Of a stretch of 64,000 bases of DNA, positions 12,700 to 24,974 are shown piece after piece (position 1 is the stretch's first letter; each line of letters opens with the position of its first letter). Source of the stretch: Carcharhinus amblyrhynchos (Eukaryota). The position numbers and the translations under genes were made by a program. The notes below the pieces were generated by a model. That model searched no databases, had not been told where the DNA came from, and was given only the letters and a program-made list of their open reading frames with translations. The stretch spans positions 54,374,001 through 54,438,000 of the forward strand of contig OZ336881.1 in the NCBI GenBank assembly GCA_965287045.1. The letters are read 5' to 3'.

Positions 12700-13720
12700 C
12701 ATTTTCTTTGTAAATGTTTCAACATTCGCTCTTTAAGGTAGTAATCTGTTCCAGAAATAAACAATTCTACATGATTGTGCTTTTTTTTTGTCCAGTACTG
12801 GTTCACAGAAAGGACTATTGCCTCAATTTTATTTGGTCCCTACATCATTAAAAAATGTTGCACTAAATATCATCCAATGTCAACATGTCAAATACCATCT
12901 TAAATGGATGAAAGTTTATTTTATTCCTCTTTGTCACAGAATTTATTTAGACCTAGCACTTTGTTGCACCACTTTAAAACCTTATCAATGTCCTTTTAGA
13001 AATACAATGTCCAGAACTGGGCTCAGTTAACTCATGTGTAATTCAATCAATACTTCATAGTGCTAATGAAACTGCCTTGAATTTGTATTCTATGATTTTC
13101 CATAATGTTCTATTTGCGTTATTCAAGTCACTAGAATAAACTTTCCACATTTAGCTAATTTGCTAACTTAAATGTGTTTCCTGCTTCACTTAATTATCAA
13201 CCTTTTGTTTTGCAATTATGCTGCTATTTCTAAGTATTGAACTACATTACTTTATGTTTCACAATATTAATGCCATTTTTAGTTTGACTGCCCATTTTCA
13301 TATCTTTCCAGATTGTTTTGAGTGAAATCAGTCATCGGGTATATACCCTTACTCTCCTCCACAACCTGTAACCTGCAAAGAAAGAAGATTTAATTACGTT
13401 AGTCAATATCACTAATATATTTTAAGGCAAGGGTCCCCGAACTGATCTTTAAAAAATTCCAGTGGTCGCAGTTACCCAGTTGAAATGGTTAAACTGATTG
13501 CTAAAACTATTAGCAATTTATCTAGCCAGTTAATGTAAGTTACAATTTCATCTACATTTCCAATAATACCTCAGTTTAAATATAAGTATGCCAAGACAGA
13601 CGATATTGAGTGCTTTCTTAAAATTAATTCATTCATTAACTCAGGGATATGCTCTTCAATCATGACTTAGCTTTCATAACCCATGTTGGCTCTGAATTAC
13701 TGCCTGAATTTTGTTTTGCA
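12700..13720 (-). mobile_element. Highly diverged CR1 LINE ORF2 (RT to 3') remnant
   Basis: Antisense landmarks in the expected order: gtccagaactgggctcagt (~CAQFW), aagggtccccgaactgatc (~QGSVLGP), catgacttagctttcataacccatgttggct (SQHGxMKAKSC). Confidence 0.6.
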
Positions 13721-14139
13721 TCATAGATGAAGAGTTGTCAGATCGTGATCAACACATTTTGCAATATTTTTCACAGCACCCCTTATTTTCAATTTAAACT
13801 GGCTGCAAAGCCTTTGGAACAATATTCCCTCTAAGCTGTGTGGAAACACTCAAAAGTTCTTATGGGGGCCATGCACAAGCCAGCACCCTTTAAGTTACCA
13901 CATTTGTATGGCCACACAAAAAAAAATGAAGAGGTTCACGTACCAAAGTGAATCAGACACAATCGACAAAAAAAAATTAAGAAGGTGGGTTGCTTCAGTA
14001 CATTCTTTAAGCCGTTCAGAAAATCTTAGTCATGATTCAGTGGATGCCAGTCTCACTTCAAAGTTAGAAGGTTGTGGATTTGTGTGCTTGAGCTCAAAAT
14101 CTAAACCAACACTCCAGTGCAGAAATAACAAATTGCTGG

Positions 14140-15121
14140 CTTGTTCTACCTGCCCCGAGTGTTGCAAAGGATGGATCTGGCCACACTGCCGTGGAACGCT
14201 CCAAGTAGTTGGACCGTACCGCAGCACCTGTCCTCCATGGAGAAATTTTTCCGCAAACACACCTTTGACCACATGGCGATTAAGCAGTGGTCAGCGCGTA
14301 ATGTCCTTGGGGCCCTGAGAGAAAAGGAGACAGCAGATCCTGTCGGATGGTTCCCTGAGCAGACTGTCAGTGTCATCTGGCAGAACGCCTCATCACCAGA
14401 ACTGACAAACAAGCACCAAGATCTGGCTTGGCTGGCAGTGAGAAGGGCACTCCCCATCAGATCCTTTATGCACGCTCGAGGTCTCAACAGCACTGCACGC
14501 TGCCCTCAAAGCGGCCGCGGGGCTGATGAGACGGTTGCACACCTCCTTGTGGAATGTGCTTTTGCAAAGAAGGTCTGGAGTGAGATGCAGTGGTATTTGT
14601 CGAGGTTCATCCCGAGCAGCTCGGTGACACAGGAGCTCGGTGCTCTACGGGCTGTTTCCGGGGACGCACACTGAGACAAATATCAACTGCTGCTGGAAGG
14701 TCATCAACTCGGTGAAGGACACACTTTGGTCCGCCCAGAAGAACTGTCCTCGACCGAGTGTTGCAGACTGGCACATTCCAAAGTCCAGGACCACGTGCTG
14801 AGGGATGCGCTGAAGATTGGGGCAGCCACCGCAAAGGCACAATGGGGAAAGGCCACACTATAAGGCCTTTTAACGGAGGCAGGCCGAGGGCCCGGGAACT
14901 GCAGAATACCCTCGACCTGCGTAACTGCGCCAATCTGAGCAATAACGGCACACAGTAATTTATTGAGGCATGTATATAGTTTTAAGTATTGAAATGTAAT
15001 GACGGTAATTTGTATAAACCTGTAAAAATGTTTGATTCTGCATTGTTTGCAATTCAAAGCCCTGTATATTTGCAATAGTTTAATCAAGATTTTTATGAAT
15101 AAAGTATATTTTTGGAAAAAA
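14140..15121 (+). mobile_element. 5'-truncated Tx1-clade LINE (ORF2 C-terminus with zf-RVT zinc knuckle, 3'UTR, poly-A)
   Basis: ORF 14141-14674 contains IWQNASSPELTNKHQDLAWLAVRRALP...CPQSG...ETVAHLLVECAFAKKVW; AATAAA at 15098; A-tail; 10-bp TSD aaattgctgg at 14130-14139 and 15122-15131. Confidence 0.9.
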
Positions 15122-15304
15122 AAATTGCTGGGTTGTTAAATGTTTTGGCTGAAATGTTGAACTGTGGACTTGGTGTCCACACATGTGAGGCAGACGTGAA
15201 AATTCCATGCGCTAATGGAAGAAGAGCTGGAACATTTCCCCTAATGCTCTGGTTAATATTTTTCAGTCAATCAACAGCTAAAAACAAATTACCTGGTATT
15301 ATTC

Positions 15305-15405
15305 CTTTTTTTTATTCATTTATGAGGTATGGGTGACATTGGCTGAGTCGGCACTAATTGTCCATCCCTAGCACCCCTCCATTTCAGGAGTCAACTCAAT
15401 GCTGT
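15305..15405 (-). mobile_element. SINE family B 3' tail fragment
   Basis: ttttattcatttatgaggtatgggtgacattggctg...attgtccatcccta...gagtcaac, as at 49895. Confidence 0.65.
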
Positions 15406-16164
15406 CCTAGAGACTTTGCTGTATGCAAACTGGTTGCTATGTTGTCTGCATTACAACAGTAACTACACTTCAAAAACAACTTCATTGGCTATAAAGCACT
15501 TTGGGGTGGTTTGCACTCATGAAAAGTGTGTAAAAACTGCTAGTTCATTTTTCTCTTTCTGTATAATCCTTTTATTCCTAACTACTATTCTGTGCAGAAA
15601 CTAAAATACATTATCAACTACTATCATTATGCATCTGGAAATGTTCCTGATGTTTCTCATTAGTTTTTATGTTGATTTTCTATCACATTGAAACATTGCA
15701 ACATGACTAGAGAATGCAATACCTGTGTTGTAAGCAATAAGTTCAGAAACAGTTGTAGAACTAGTGAATTTAATAATCCCAGGGTGACTAGTCTATGTTC
15801 AATGCTACACTTCAAAAGCTGTCTCATTGTAAAACCTTGGTATATCTTCAGTTAATAACAAACCATAACTAAATACTAATTCTTTTCTACCTAATTTAAT
15901 TAGTCAGTGCAATAACTGATATAATTAGGAAAGATTGCTGCCAAATTGATGAGACATCAAATTTCACCAAATAACTTTAACTTTGTAACTGTCATTTGGG
16001 TGTTAGAAATACATCTCCTCATATGTAGAACTCTGCTTTCCCTCATCTGTAACAGGTAAAATTCACATGGACTTAAAGGTGCATAGTGGATATAATGTAA
16101 AGTATCATATATGGATTACCGCCCACTCTTGTGTCAGGGGCTAAATCACAATACAAGTTATATC

Positions 16165-16350
16165 AACAGAAAATGCTGGAAATGCCCAGGAGATCACGCA
16201 GCACCTGTGGAGGGAGAGAGAGCGGGACAATTAATTTTTCAAGTCAATTACCTTTCATCAGGATAGTCCTAATCAAAAGTCTGATGCTACTTGTCTTGCT
16301 GCAAGTGCTGTGGGGCTTTCCCAGAATTTTCTACTTTTAATTCAGATTAT
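16165..16350. mobile_element. Penelope-like inverted terminal remnant with decayed hammerhead core
   Basis: Arms acagaaaatgctggaaatgcccag and ctgtggggctttcccagaattttct are inverted; the minus strand at 16237-16261 reads CTGATGA-aaggtaattgactt-GAAA. Confidence 0.65.
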
Positions 16351-16829
16351 CAAATCTTATTTCATATGGATTCACATTCTAATCCTCCTGTTCTTTGATA
16401 TTTAAATCATGACTCCATTGCTGACTTTAACCACTTTCTCCCTGTATCTGCTTTGCTAGTGTTTCGAGTAGAGTCAAGAGTTGGAAGGGCAAGTTATATA
16501 AATGTTATAACCTTGTACTGGAAAGACAGCTGTTGGAAACTGTTTCCCCATGGCTGTGGTGTTTACAATTTTTTCCTTTCATCCAGATTATATTTTGGCA
16601 TCTCTTATTCCTGTACATTTTCAATCTATTTTTCTCTTATGTGAGATTGTGTGATATACCTTTACATTTGTGTTGTCCTCCTTTTGTAACTGGTTGACAT
16701 TAATATACAGCTCTGTATGGCACATATTATATTCCATCACCTGCATGAAAAGTATTTAATTTTTGAAATATTTTCTTCTGCAGAACTATGCCCCATTGTT
16801 ACCTCCTCAGTTCTTTTCTCATTGCTTTA

Positions 16830-17390
16830 AAATTGCCTCTCAATTAATCCTTGCTCTAGTCCATACCACAATATCAAACTTAATGACATTATAATCGCTG
16901 ATACACAGTTTTCTCCAGCCTACAAATTTGCCACTATCTCAAGCTCACTCCCAAATACTAAATCAAGCATGTCTCCCTCTCTCATTCCCCTTAACCTGCT
17001 GCATCAAGAAACAGTGCTGTATTAACACAATAAATTTGCCTCCTCCTTTTGAAGAATCGGCACCCTCATCTTGCTTCAATTTCAAGTAATTAAAATCACC
17101 CGAAATTAGTGCCCTCCCCTTCTCTGATGTACTCTTTATTTGCTTGAATAATTCCGCATCATTTTATTTTTCCTTTTACCCTGGTGGTCTATAGCAATCC
17201 CCAATTAATAATTTGCTTCCCTTGCTGTCGCAGTTTTCCACTTAAATTGACTCAGACCTCCACTCATCTGAGGTTAAATCAACTATTTCAATAACTGTCA
17301 GATCCTCCCTCACCAACAACACCACCCTTCACCCACCCGATGTTTTCCTCTTCCTTTCATACATTTTAAACCACGCTAAATGAAACTCAT
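16830..17390 (-). mobile_element. CR1 ORF2 APE endonuclease remnant
   Basis: Minus-strand translation shows GVVLLVRE, CYRPP, ISGDFNY, FLMQQV and SDYNVIKF in APE order, with stops and frameshifts. Confidence 0.8.
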
Positions 17391-19162
17391 ATAAAGATAA
17401 CACTGATGTAAAAGAGCTTACACAGGTTCATTATATTGCTACTAAATATGATAAGACATTTGGTAATTCTCTACTCAAGTGATGCTTTTTCACTGCTGAC
17501 ATCTCCTTACACACTCAAATAGCTCGAGGTTATTATTTTAAACAGTGTAGCGATGGTTATCAATGGTGTATTATTCTGATTAAGGTTTAAGTTGTTGTAT
17601 ATGTATATACATGAATGATGTAAGAGAAATAGCTCCTCTAACAGTTAGTATAACTTCTGTAATGGATCCTGTAACAGACTTCCAAGATATTTGATCCACT
17701 GTCTGTGGTGTGTTTATTAATATTAAATATGCAATTCATTTGCCTCTATTTTCTATATATCATTTAGAAAGGAGCACAAAAAGACCTTCACCATAGGAAC
17801 TCAATCTTACTTTATTCTGAATTAAGAATTTTAATATTCAGAATAAAACGGCTTACAGTATTATACTTACACATACAGGTCATACTGTAGATAATGAACA
17901 ACCTAATATATTAGCACTGCCAACAGTGAGAATGGATTGTGCATTGCAAAGCTACACAGAAAAAAAACCTAAAATGATTAATTTCATAGAACGGGAAACC
18001 ATAGATGAGAATGGACAGTAATTTAGCTTTAAATTACATCAGTATCTGTTTGAAACAAAAACGGTTACAGAGAAATATCATTAATAACCTTCTTCTTTTC
18101 ATTTTTATTTAATCAATTTCTATCATTAAAAAAAAGTACATGTATATATCTTCCTGGTCCAGTTTACTTAATTAAAAGAGCTGGATCATAGCTATTGAGG
18201 CTGGAACAGTACAAATTCTTTTTGGATCCCATATTTTACAATTCTTCTACCTCCTTTGCCATGGTGTTTTGCTTTTCTGCGTGATGCAAAGAGGGAATAA
18301 TATGGGACACTCAGGAACTGACAAACATTGTCCTCTTTTTAATATCCCCTTACCTCGCCATTGCTGAGGTTACTCATCCAAGTGCTGTTGGAGCCGTTGC
18401 TGAGAATACGCACTAACAGAGCCTTTGCCACTACCTGACGTGAACAAATTGACCTGGTCATGTTACAGTGCAGAATTTGGCTTGATGGAGGTGGCCAAGA
18501 AATTTGGCTTCCTCATTAATTTGCTACGATACTGAACTACCATCTGCTCCTTGCAAACACACAGCTCAGGGATGGCACCATTCTGACCTTTCTTGGATCC
18601 TCCGATAGCCAACCCAGTGGGGTTTTTGGGCAATCTTAAACATCCACTTGGTTAATGTGCTACTCCTTTCAGAGTCTGACCCTGTGGAGGACCTTAATTA
18701 ATGGCCAACATCAAAATTTGATGTAATGCTGTCCACAGTTTTGCGAATATCAGCTGTAGCAAAATTAACAATTGACATTCTGATTCAAGAATCCATAATA
18801 CATAAAAAAGTTTGCTCACCTTTATTAAATATTGCTTTATTAAATGTTACATCATTTTTCTCGCTACCATAAAGTCAGGTACCAGATCAACATATTTTGA
18901 TGTTGTGGAGGCAGTGGCGTTAGGTTTTTTTGTGCGCTACACTTCCACGTTCTGAAGTGTTCTGGAAAATGAGTTGTGCATTGACAATGAATCTCCTAGA
19001 ATTAATACAATCTGCAGCTGTGTACTTGTTATTGTTCCTTTAATTACACAATGCAGTTTTCTTAAGCCATTGTAACTAGATTTTAAATGTTACACTTTGT
19101 TCACAAACCCTAAGATTTCTATGTAATTGCATCATACAATTGGTAGTTCATCATAAAATTTT

Positions 19163-19485
19163 CATAGAATAGAATCTATACAATGCCAGTCCCATTAAGA
19201 GGTCAGTCGGCCCATCGAGCCTGCACTGATCACAATCCCACCCAGGCCCTAATCCCACGTATTTACCCTGCTCGTCCCCTCAACACAAAGGGGCAATTTA
19301 CCATGGCCAATCCACCTAACCTAACATCTTTGGACTGTGGGAGGAAACCAGAACACGTAGCGGAAACTCACGCTGACATGGGGAGAATGTGCAAACTCCA
19401 CATAAACAGTCACCCAAGGCCAGAATTGAACCCGGATCCCTGGCACTGTGAGGTAGCAGTGCTAACCACTGTGCCACCCTGTTGC
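19163..19485 (-). mobile_element. HE1 SINE, full length, variant tail
   Basis: catagaatagaatc...ccaatccacctaacc...gcagtgctaaccactgtgccacc. Confidence 0.92.
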
Positions 19486-19814
19486 TGATGTCAGAAGAAA
19501 ATTGTGAATTTTCTTATCACAGTACACAGTCAAGTACGCAATTGCACAAATTTATACTCAAAAATTGCCACCAAATATTGGTTGTAAATATGAGTCTGTT
19601 GCCTCCCTTAATTTTCGTTAAATTCACAGTTTTCTATTTGTTTTTAGTTGAGTTTGGCATTTATCATTAAATCATAATGTGGTAAATTTGCCCAGGAAAC
19701 AAACTTTGAGCTTTAATTTTAGTTCTTATTTAACAAATTGGCAATGTTTATGAATCATAACTGTCTATAACACTGCTTGTTGGTCGTGTATCTACAACAC
19801 TGCTTGTTGGTCAT

Positions 19815-19997
19815 GTTTCCTCCCACAGTCCAAAGATGTGCAGGTTAGGTGGATTGGCCATGCTAAATTGCCCCTTTGTGACAAGGGGACGAGTAGTATA
19901 AATGCGTGGGATTAGGGCCTGGGTGGGATTGTGATATGTGCAGGCTCGATAGGCTGACTGACCTCTTAATGGGACTGGCATTGTATGAGTTCTATGG
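19815..19997 (+). mobile_element. HE1 SINE 3' half, inverted relative of 19163-19348
   Basis: gtttcctcccacagtccaaag...cctcttaatgggactggcattgtatgagttctatgg. Confidence 0.9.
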
Positions 19998-21387
19998 TCC
20001 GTCAGTATCTTGTGAAGAAACTATGTGCATGATTTCAAGAACATACAAATTAATATGATCCATTTGAAGCATTTCCATTTAATAATTAGTCAAGAGCAAG
20101 CCTTTGACTTTAATGTTAGTCTTTCCACCTCTGAGTACAAATGAGGAGAGCTCAAGCCTGTTTCCAATGAGTGGAGGATTAATTAATCGTCCCCAATTTT
20201 CTTTCCAAAAGACAACTTGAAAGGAGTTTTAATTGCACAAATTTATACTCAAAATGTTATACCAAACATTGGCTTGATAATCAGTATAGAGCCACATCTG
20301 GATAGATGAACTGCAGGCTCAATGATAGTTTAACCACATCCGAGTCCCAATCCAGACAGTTCCAATGAGCAGAGACAGCCTCTGATTAATGGGTTAATGT
20401 CCATCAGGGGTACTTATGCTAAAGGGATATGGGTAGGGCCCCTAATGTAAAGCATTAATGGGCTTCTTTAGCCCACCTGGGAGAATGTTCACCGAAGATA
20501 AGAATCTTGCAGAAGCCACCTTGACTACTCTTTTCTAGTAAGTCTCTCAAATTTCTTGTGTGAGGCATGAATTAGGACCTGCCCTAAGGTAGAACACAAT
20601 GGGTGGAGAGAATAGTTACTTTGCGGAATGGAACTTCAATCAGTGTGTGAAAATTTAGACTTCAAAATGGTATCTTTTACACATGATTACCTGATGGATG
20701 GAAACAAGTGGATATATTCTAATTTGAAAATGCAATTAATTTCTGATCTGAATTTCACCAGAGTAGAAAGAATTTTAGAATCAGGCAGATATGAAGGGGT
20801 CTGGGAGACTGCAATTTTGGCAATCAAAGTAAGTTGGTGTATGGAAATTCTGGTCAAGTGAAGTCAGTGGGGACACAAAATGTACTCATCAATGTACGTT
20901 GGTAAAAGGGATTTTAAGAATAGATGTGATTTGGAAGTAAATTGGTCCAGGTACTTTCTGTGCTCACATTAACTTTTTGTCCAAAGTCAATTTATCTTCA
21001 AAGTGAAATGAATTTGTGGATGATTTCCACACGAAGAAATGTTAAGCAATTTTTGGTTGTAGATGTGATCACATGTCAGAAATGATGAGTGATTAATAGA
21101 GGATGTTATCAAGTTGACCATCAGGACTAGTTGCAGGGTTGGAATATAATGAAGTGGGTCCAATTATATAATAATGAAAATTGGGTATAGATAATTTGCC
21201 TTAAGATCACCTTCTGTTATGGCTATTATTACATGTTAGAAAGACAAATGCTCCGAGGTTTGTTTACTCTTCCCATTTCTGCCTTTAATTCTTAGGAATT
21301 AATGAAGTTCAGAAATCTGTGCCTATATTTCATGGTGAAAGCGACTTTCTGTACCACTTTGTGGATCTTCTGTTGATGGATAAAAAT

Positions 21388-21830
21388 CATGAGGGTGATC
21401 CTCTCAGCCCATTTCACTGCTTTTGTAGCGCAGTGGGCTGCGAGACTCTAGTGGAGGCTGTTTCATGGGCTCCCTACTGATACCACAGCCTCCGTGTGTC
21501 CCCTGTAGTTGGATTTCCAGCGCCGTCAGCTCTGTGCTGGAAGTTGGCATGGAGCTGAATAAATCATGTAAATCCCGATTTGAATGCAATTTAGATGCCA
21601 TTAGCGAGCCTGGGACTGAAATCTCTGAGCCCACTCTCCCCCCCGACCCCCCTTGCAGGGTGTTGGCAGCCTGACCCCACTGGAGTGAAGGGGGAGCAGG
21701 TGAGGCCCGCAGTGGGTCAAGGACTGGGGGGGTAGTGTCCTCTGGGCATTGCCACCTTGGCCCCCTGGTACTGCCCAAGGGGCAAAATGCCAATGCCCGG
21801 GGGCATCTTGGCACTTGGAATTATTCTGAA
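21388..21830. mobile_element. Probable PIF/Harbinger non-autonomous fragment
   Basis: GC-rich block with ggtactgcccaaggggcaaaatgccaatgccc...ggcac motifs recalled from shark Harbinger derivatives; a similar motif occurs at 56380-56480. Confidence 0.45.
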
Positions 21831-22036
21831 CCAGGTGCTTGTCATCTAGCCAACCGAGTTAATTGGCCCACCATGGTCATGATACAATGACAGAAAGGCA
21901 TACTGGGTGAGATGCAGAGGTCTACTGCCACCTTTGGAATCATGAGTTAGCCTTTTCAGAAGAGAGGCAACAAAAAAGTTGCTATAAATTACCTCTGCTT
22001 CCCATTTATTACTATTACTAGTGAATACGGGGGGAG

Positions 22037-23370
22037 GCGATTCTCCCCAAAAAATTCTGTGTCGATATTGCGTAAAAACTGGAATAAATCACATTTTCTT
22101 TTCAGCAGGATTTTCAAAACGAATTTTCCATACTCTGAGCACTGAGGAGCAGACAGCATCGATAAGCACAGCTGCTGAAAGTGGTGAGAGAGACCAACAC
22201 TGCCTCGTCTGTCTCTCTTTTGTGCTTGCAGAAGCAGAGGCTGCACAATGATAGGGAGAGGACTTGCTCAGGGGACGAATACACCAGCTAACCATCCTCA
22301 CTGCAATGGAGGAGGTGGCAGTTGATATCAAGACAATGGCATCTCATGAGAAAGTGAGTGATATACAGATACGAGCACTAGGAGGAGTGGGTGAAAATGA
22401 ATTCTGTAGATAAAGGGCATGGAGTGCTCACCTCTATCTGACAACAGACCAAACCTTTTGCTGCATTGGGAAGCCTCAGCTCTGCTTAGGCTTTAACCAT
22501 CAGGGGAAAATCCTCCAGATCTCCTCTTCCTTCCGCCTCCCAAAGGGCTGGTCAGGGAGAGGAGCAGTCCCAATGCTGCAGAAACATCACCAGGGTCCTC
22601 TGAGGAGATGGAAGTCACAGAGCTAGCACTGTCACAGCATTCAAGTGCTTCTTCCACCAACCCAGATAAACTCACATCAATGGGTCCTCGAGGATGGTTA
22701 AAAAGGGCAGCACTGGGGGGAAAGCATGTCACAAGTGAGAAGGAAGAGGTGAGAGAAGCAAAGGTAGCTGTGGGCTGTCAATCTTGGGGGAAAGAGGGCA
22801 TACACAGCCTTGGGGGATCACAAGCAAGTAGTACTTTGGCTAGCAGCATGAGATGTGTATCATGAACTAAGAATGGAGGAATCCATTCTGTGACTTGCAC
22901 CATTGTGACTCACACATGAGCTCCTCTATTGAGATTGTGACCAACCTAATGGAAAGTTATATGCAGCAGCACCGAGTAGATGCAGGACAATATACTAGCA
23001 TTCACAGAACACATGTCATGTTGAACAGTCAGTGGTAGTGATGGCACAAAGATGCACGGAGTGGATGGTGGTTGACCCCTCTAGCAATCCAGAGTGTCAT
23101 CAAGGGGCTGAGACTGTTATCTAGGAGGATAAAACTTCCATCTTTCATGTAGCATCATCAACATTGATCTTCTTAGCCCCTCTGTCTGTGGAACTATCCA
23201 TGCAGCAAAGCTCTGTGATGGAGGCTGCCCCTGCATAGACACTGGCATTGAAGCTCTTGGAAGTGCTCCCTCCGTTACCTCTACAATGAGGATGATTGCC
23301 ACAGGTATCTCAGCCTCAAGTAGACTGGAGGCTGCCTCCATTTTTTCCATGGCCATAAGGGGAGCACTGC
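22037..23370 (+). mobile_element. PIF/Harbinger remnant (terminus plus degenerate Myb/SANT-gene downstream exons)
   Basis: ggcgattctcccc terminus-like start; translations LTILTAMEEVAVDI and SSTNPDKLTSMG resemble Harbinger second-ORF segments. Confidence 0.5.
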
Positions 23371-23533
23371 ATGGAAGTGACCAAGAGTAAAGTCTTCATT
23401 TGTATCTGGATAACTTCTTTTCATGGTAGTGTAAGTTGTTATTTTCTAAATTATATTGGAGATGTTGAGCCATGCTCTTTAACATGTGAGCTTCCATTCT
23501 TTAATGGCAAAACCAGAGAGGAGGAAAGTCATT

Positions 23534-23785
23534 GGTGGCACAGTGTTAGCAGGGACCTGGGTTCGATTCCTGGCTTGGGTCACTGTGTGGAGTCTGCACG
23601 TTCTCCCTGTGTCTGTGTGGGTTTCCTCCCACAGTCCAAAGACATGCTGGTTAGGTGAATTGGCCATGCTAAATTCTCCCTCAGTGTACCCGAACAGGTA
23701 CTGGAGTGTGGCAACGAGGTGATTTTCATGATAACTTTATTGCAGTGTGACTGTAACCCTACTTGTGACTAATACATAAACTTTA
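23534..23785 (+). mobile_element. HE1-like V-SINE, alternative tail
   Basis: ggtggcacagtgttagc...gggttcgattcc...cttgtgactaatacataaacttt. Confidence 0.9.
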
Positions 23786-24199
23786 CAAAAAAATCTTTAG
23801 TAGTGAAGGGAAGCCATGGTCTTTGAATGGAAACACACTTTGAAAAATACATGCAGGCGTTATCAGTAAGAATGTACTATTTTGCATGTTCCTCTCCCTC
23901 CACTTAATTGTAGTGATCTAATCTTGACCCTATTTGAGGCCCACATTTCTCTGGAGGGCCATCAGAAAATCAGTAACTGCACTTGTTGAGTCCATGGTGT
24001 GATTTCTTTTATTCTTAATCCTACCTGTTCATTCATTTCCCAATGAACAAATGACTCTATTTAGTTATATTTTTAAAAAGATTATTTCTCCCTGTCTTTG
24101 TTTGCCACAACTTCCCATCATCCATCTAATCCTGCCGTGTTCCCATTGGTCTTGGGTTAACTAACCAATACTGACATTTTCAACTGTTAAAGAAAAAGA

Positions 24200-24960
24200 A
24201 GCTACAAGTAACGGGAATCTAAAATTAATGCTGCAGATATGCAGTAGGTAATTCACTCTATGTGAAGGATAAAAGTGGGTTAATATTTCCAGCTCTCTGT
24301 CAGAACTAACAGCTAAAAAAACAAGAAAAAAAACTTCAAGTAAGGATATAAAATGCAAAGAAAAGAGAAATCTGTCTATTAAAGGGACTGAATGGCTTGC
24401 AAATTGTTAAGCAGAAATTGTCAGATAATATCATAGAACCTCTATAGTGCAGAAAAAGGGCATTGGGCCCATCAAGTCTGCACTGACTCTCAGACAGAGC
24501 ATATTACCCAAGCTCTATTCCCGTAATCCCATGTATTTACACTAATCCCCCTAACCTACACGTCTTTAGACACTAAGGGGCAATTTATGATGTCCAATCC
24601 ACCTAACCTGCTAACCTTTGAACATAAAAGATGTAAGTGATGGGAAGACATTAGACACAAAATACTGTTTATGTTGTTCAAAGACTTAAAGGACATGGGG
24701 GTGGCCCAAACACATAAAATCGCTTGGAGGAAGGCCGTTTATCAAGTAATTTGTAACAGGATTGAAGTTGAAATTTAGGTCATTCCTTGAAAGAAACAGG
24801 CGAAGCCTTTGGTGTAGATCCTTACCAGTGTCCAGGGGAAGGATGTGACACTGTTCCTTGAGTTGAACTTGATTAAAATAACATGTAAAGACTGAGATGC
24901 CAGAGTCAGAGATCAAGTAGGGGAGTTAATGGAGAAAAATGGCCATCTAATCTGCATTTG
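24200..24960 (-). mobile_element. Penelope-like element 3' remnant, interrupted by HE1
   Basis: Minus-strand QLKEQCHI...LNFNFN resembles the GIY-YIG C-terminus LEEQHLIF...LNIEFN; terminal part gggaatctaaaattaatgctgcagat...ggttaatatttcc. Confidence 0.5.
24432..24623 (-). mobile_element. HE1 SINE 3' half
   Basis: catagaacctctatagtgcagaa...cactaaggggcaattta...ccaatccacctaacctg. Confidence 0.85.
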
Positions 24961-24974
24961 GGTAGAGGATCATA

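Larger units (their letters stand above)
14035..15560 (+). mobile_element. DeuSINE (SacSINE1-like) interrupted by a Tx1 LINE and a SINE-B tail
   Basis: agttagaaggttgtgg...cttgagctcaaaatcta...cactccagtgcag, resuming at 15122 and ending cattacaacagtaactacacttcaaaa...ttcattggctataaagcactttggg; matches the copy at 58205. Confidence 0.75.
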
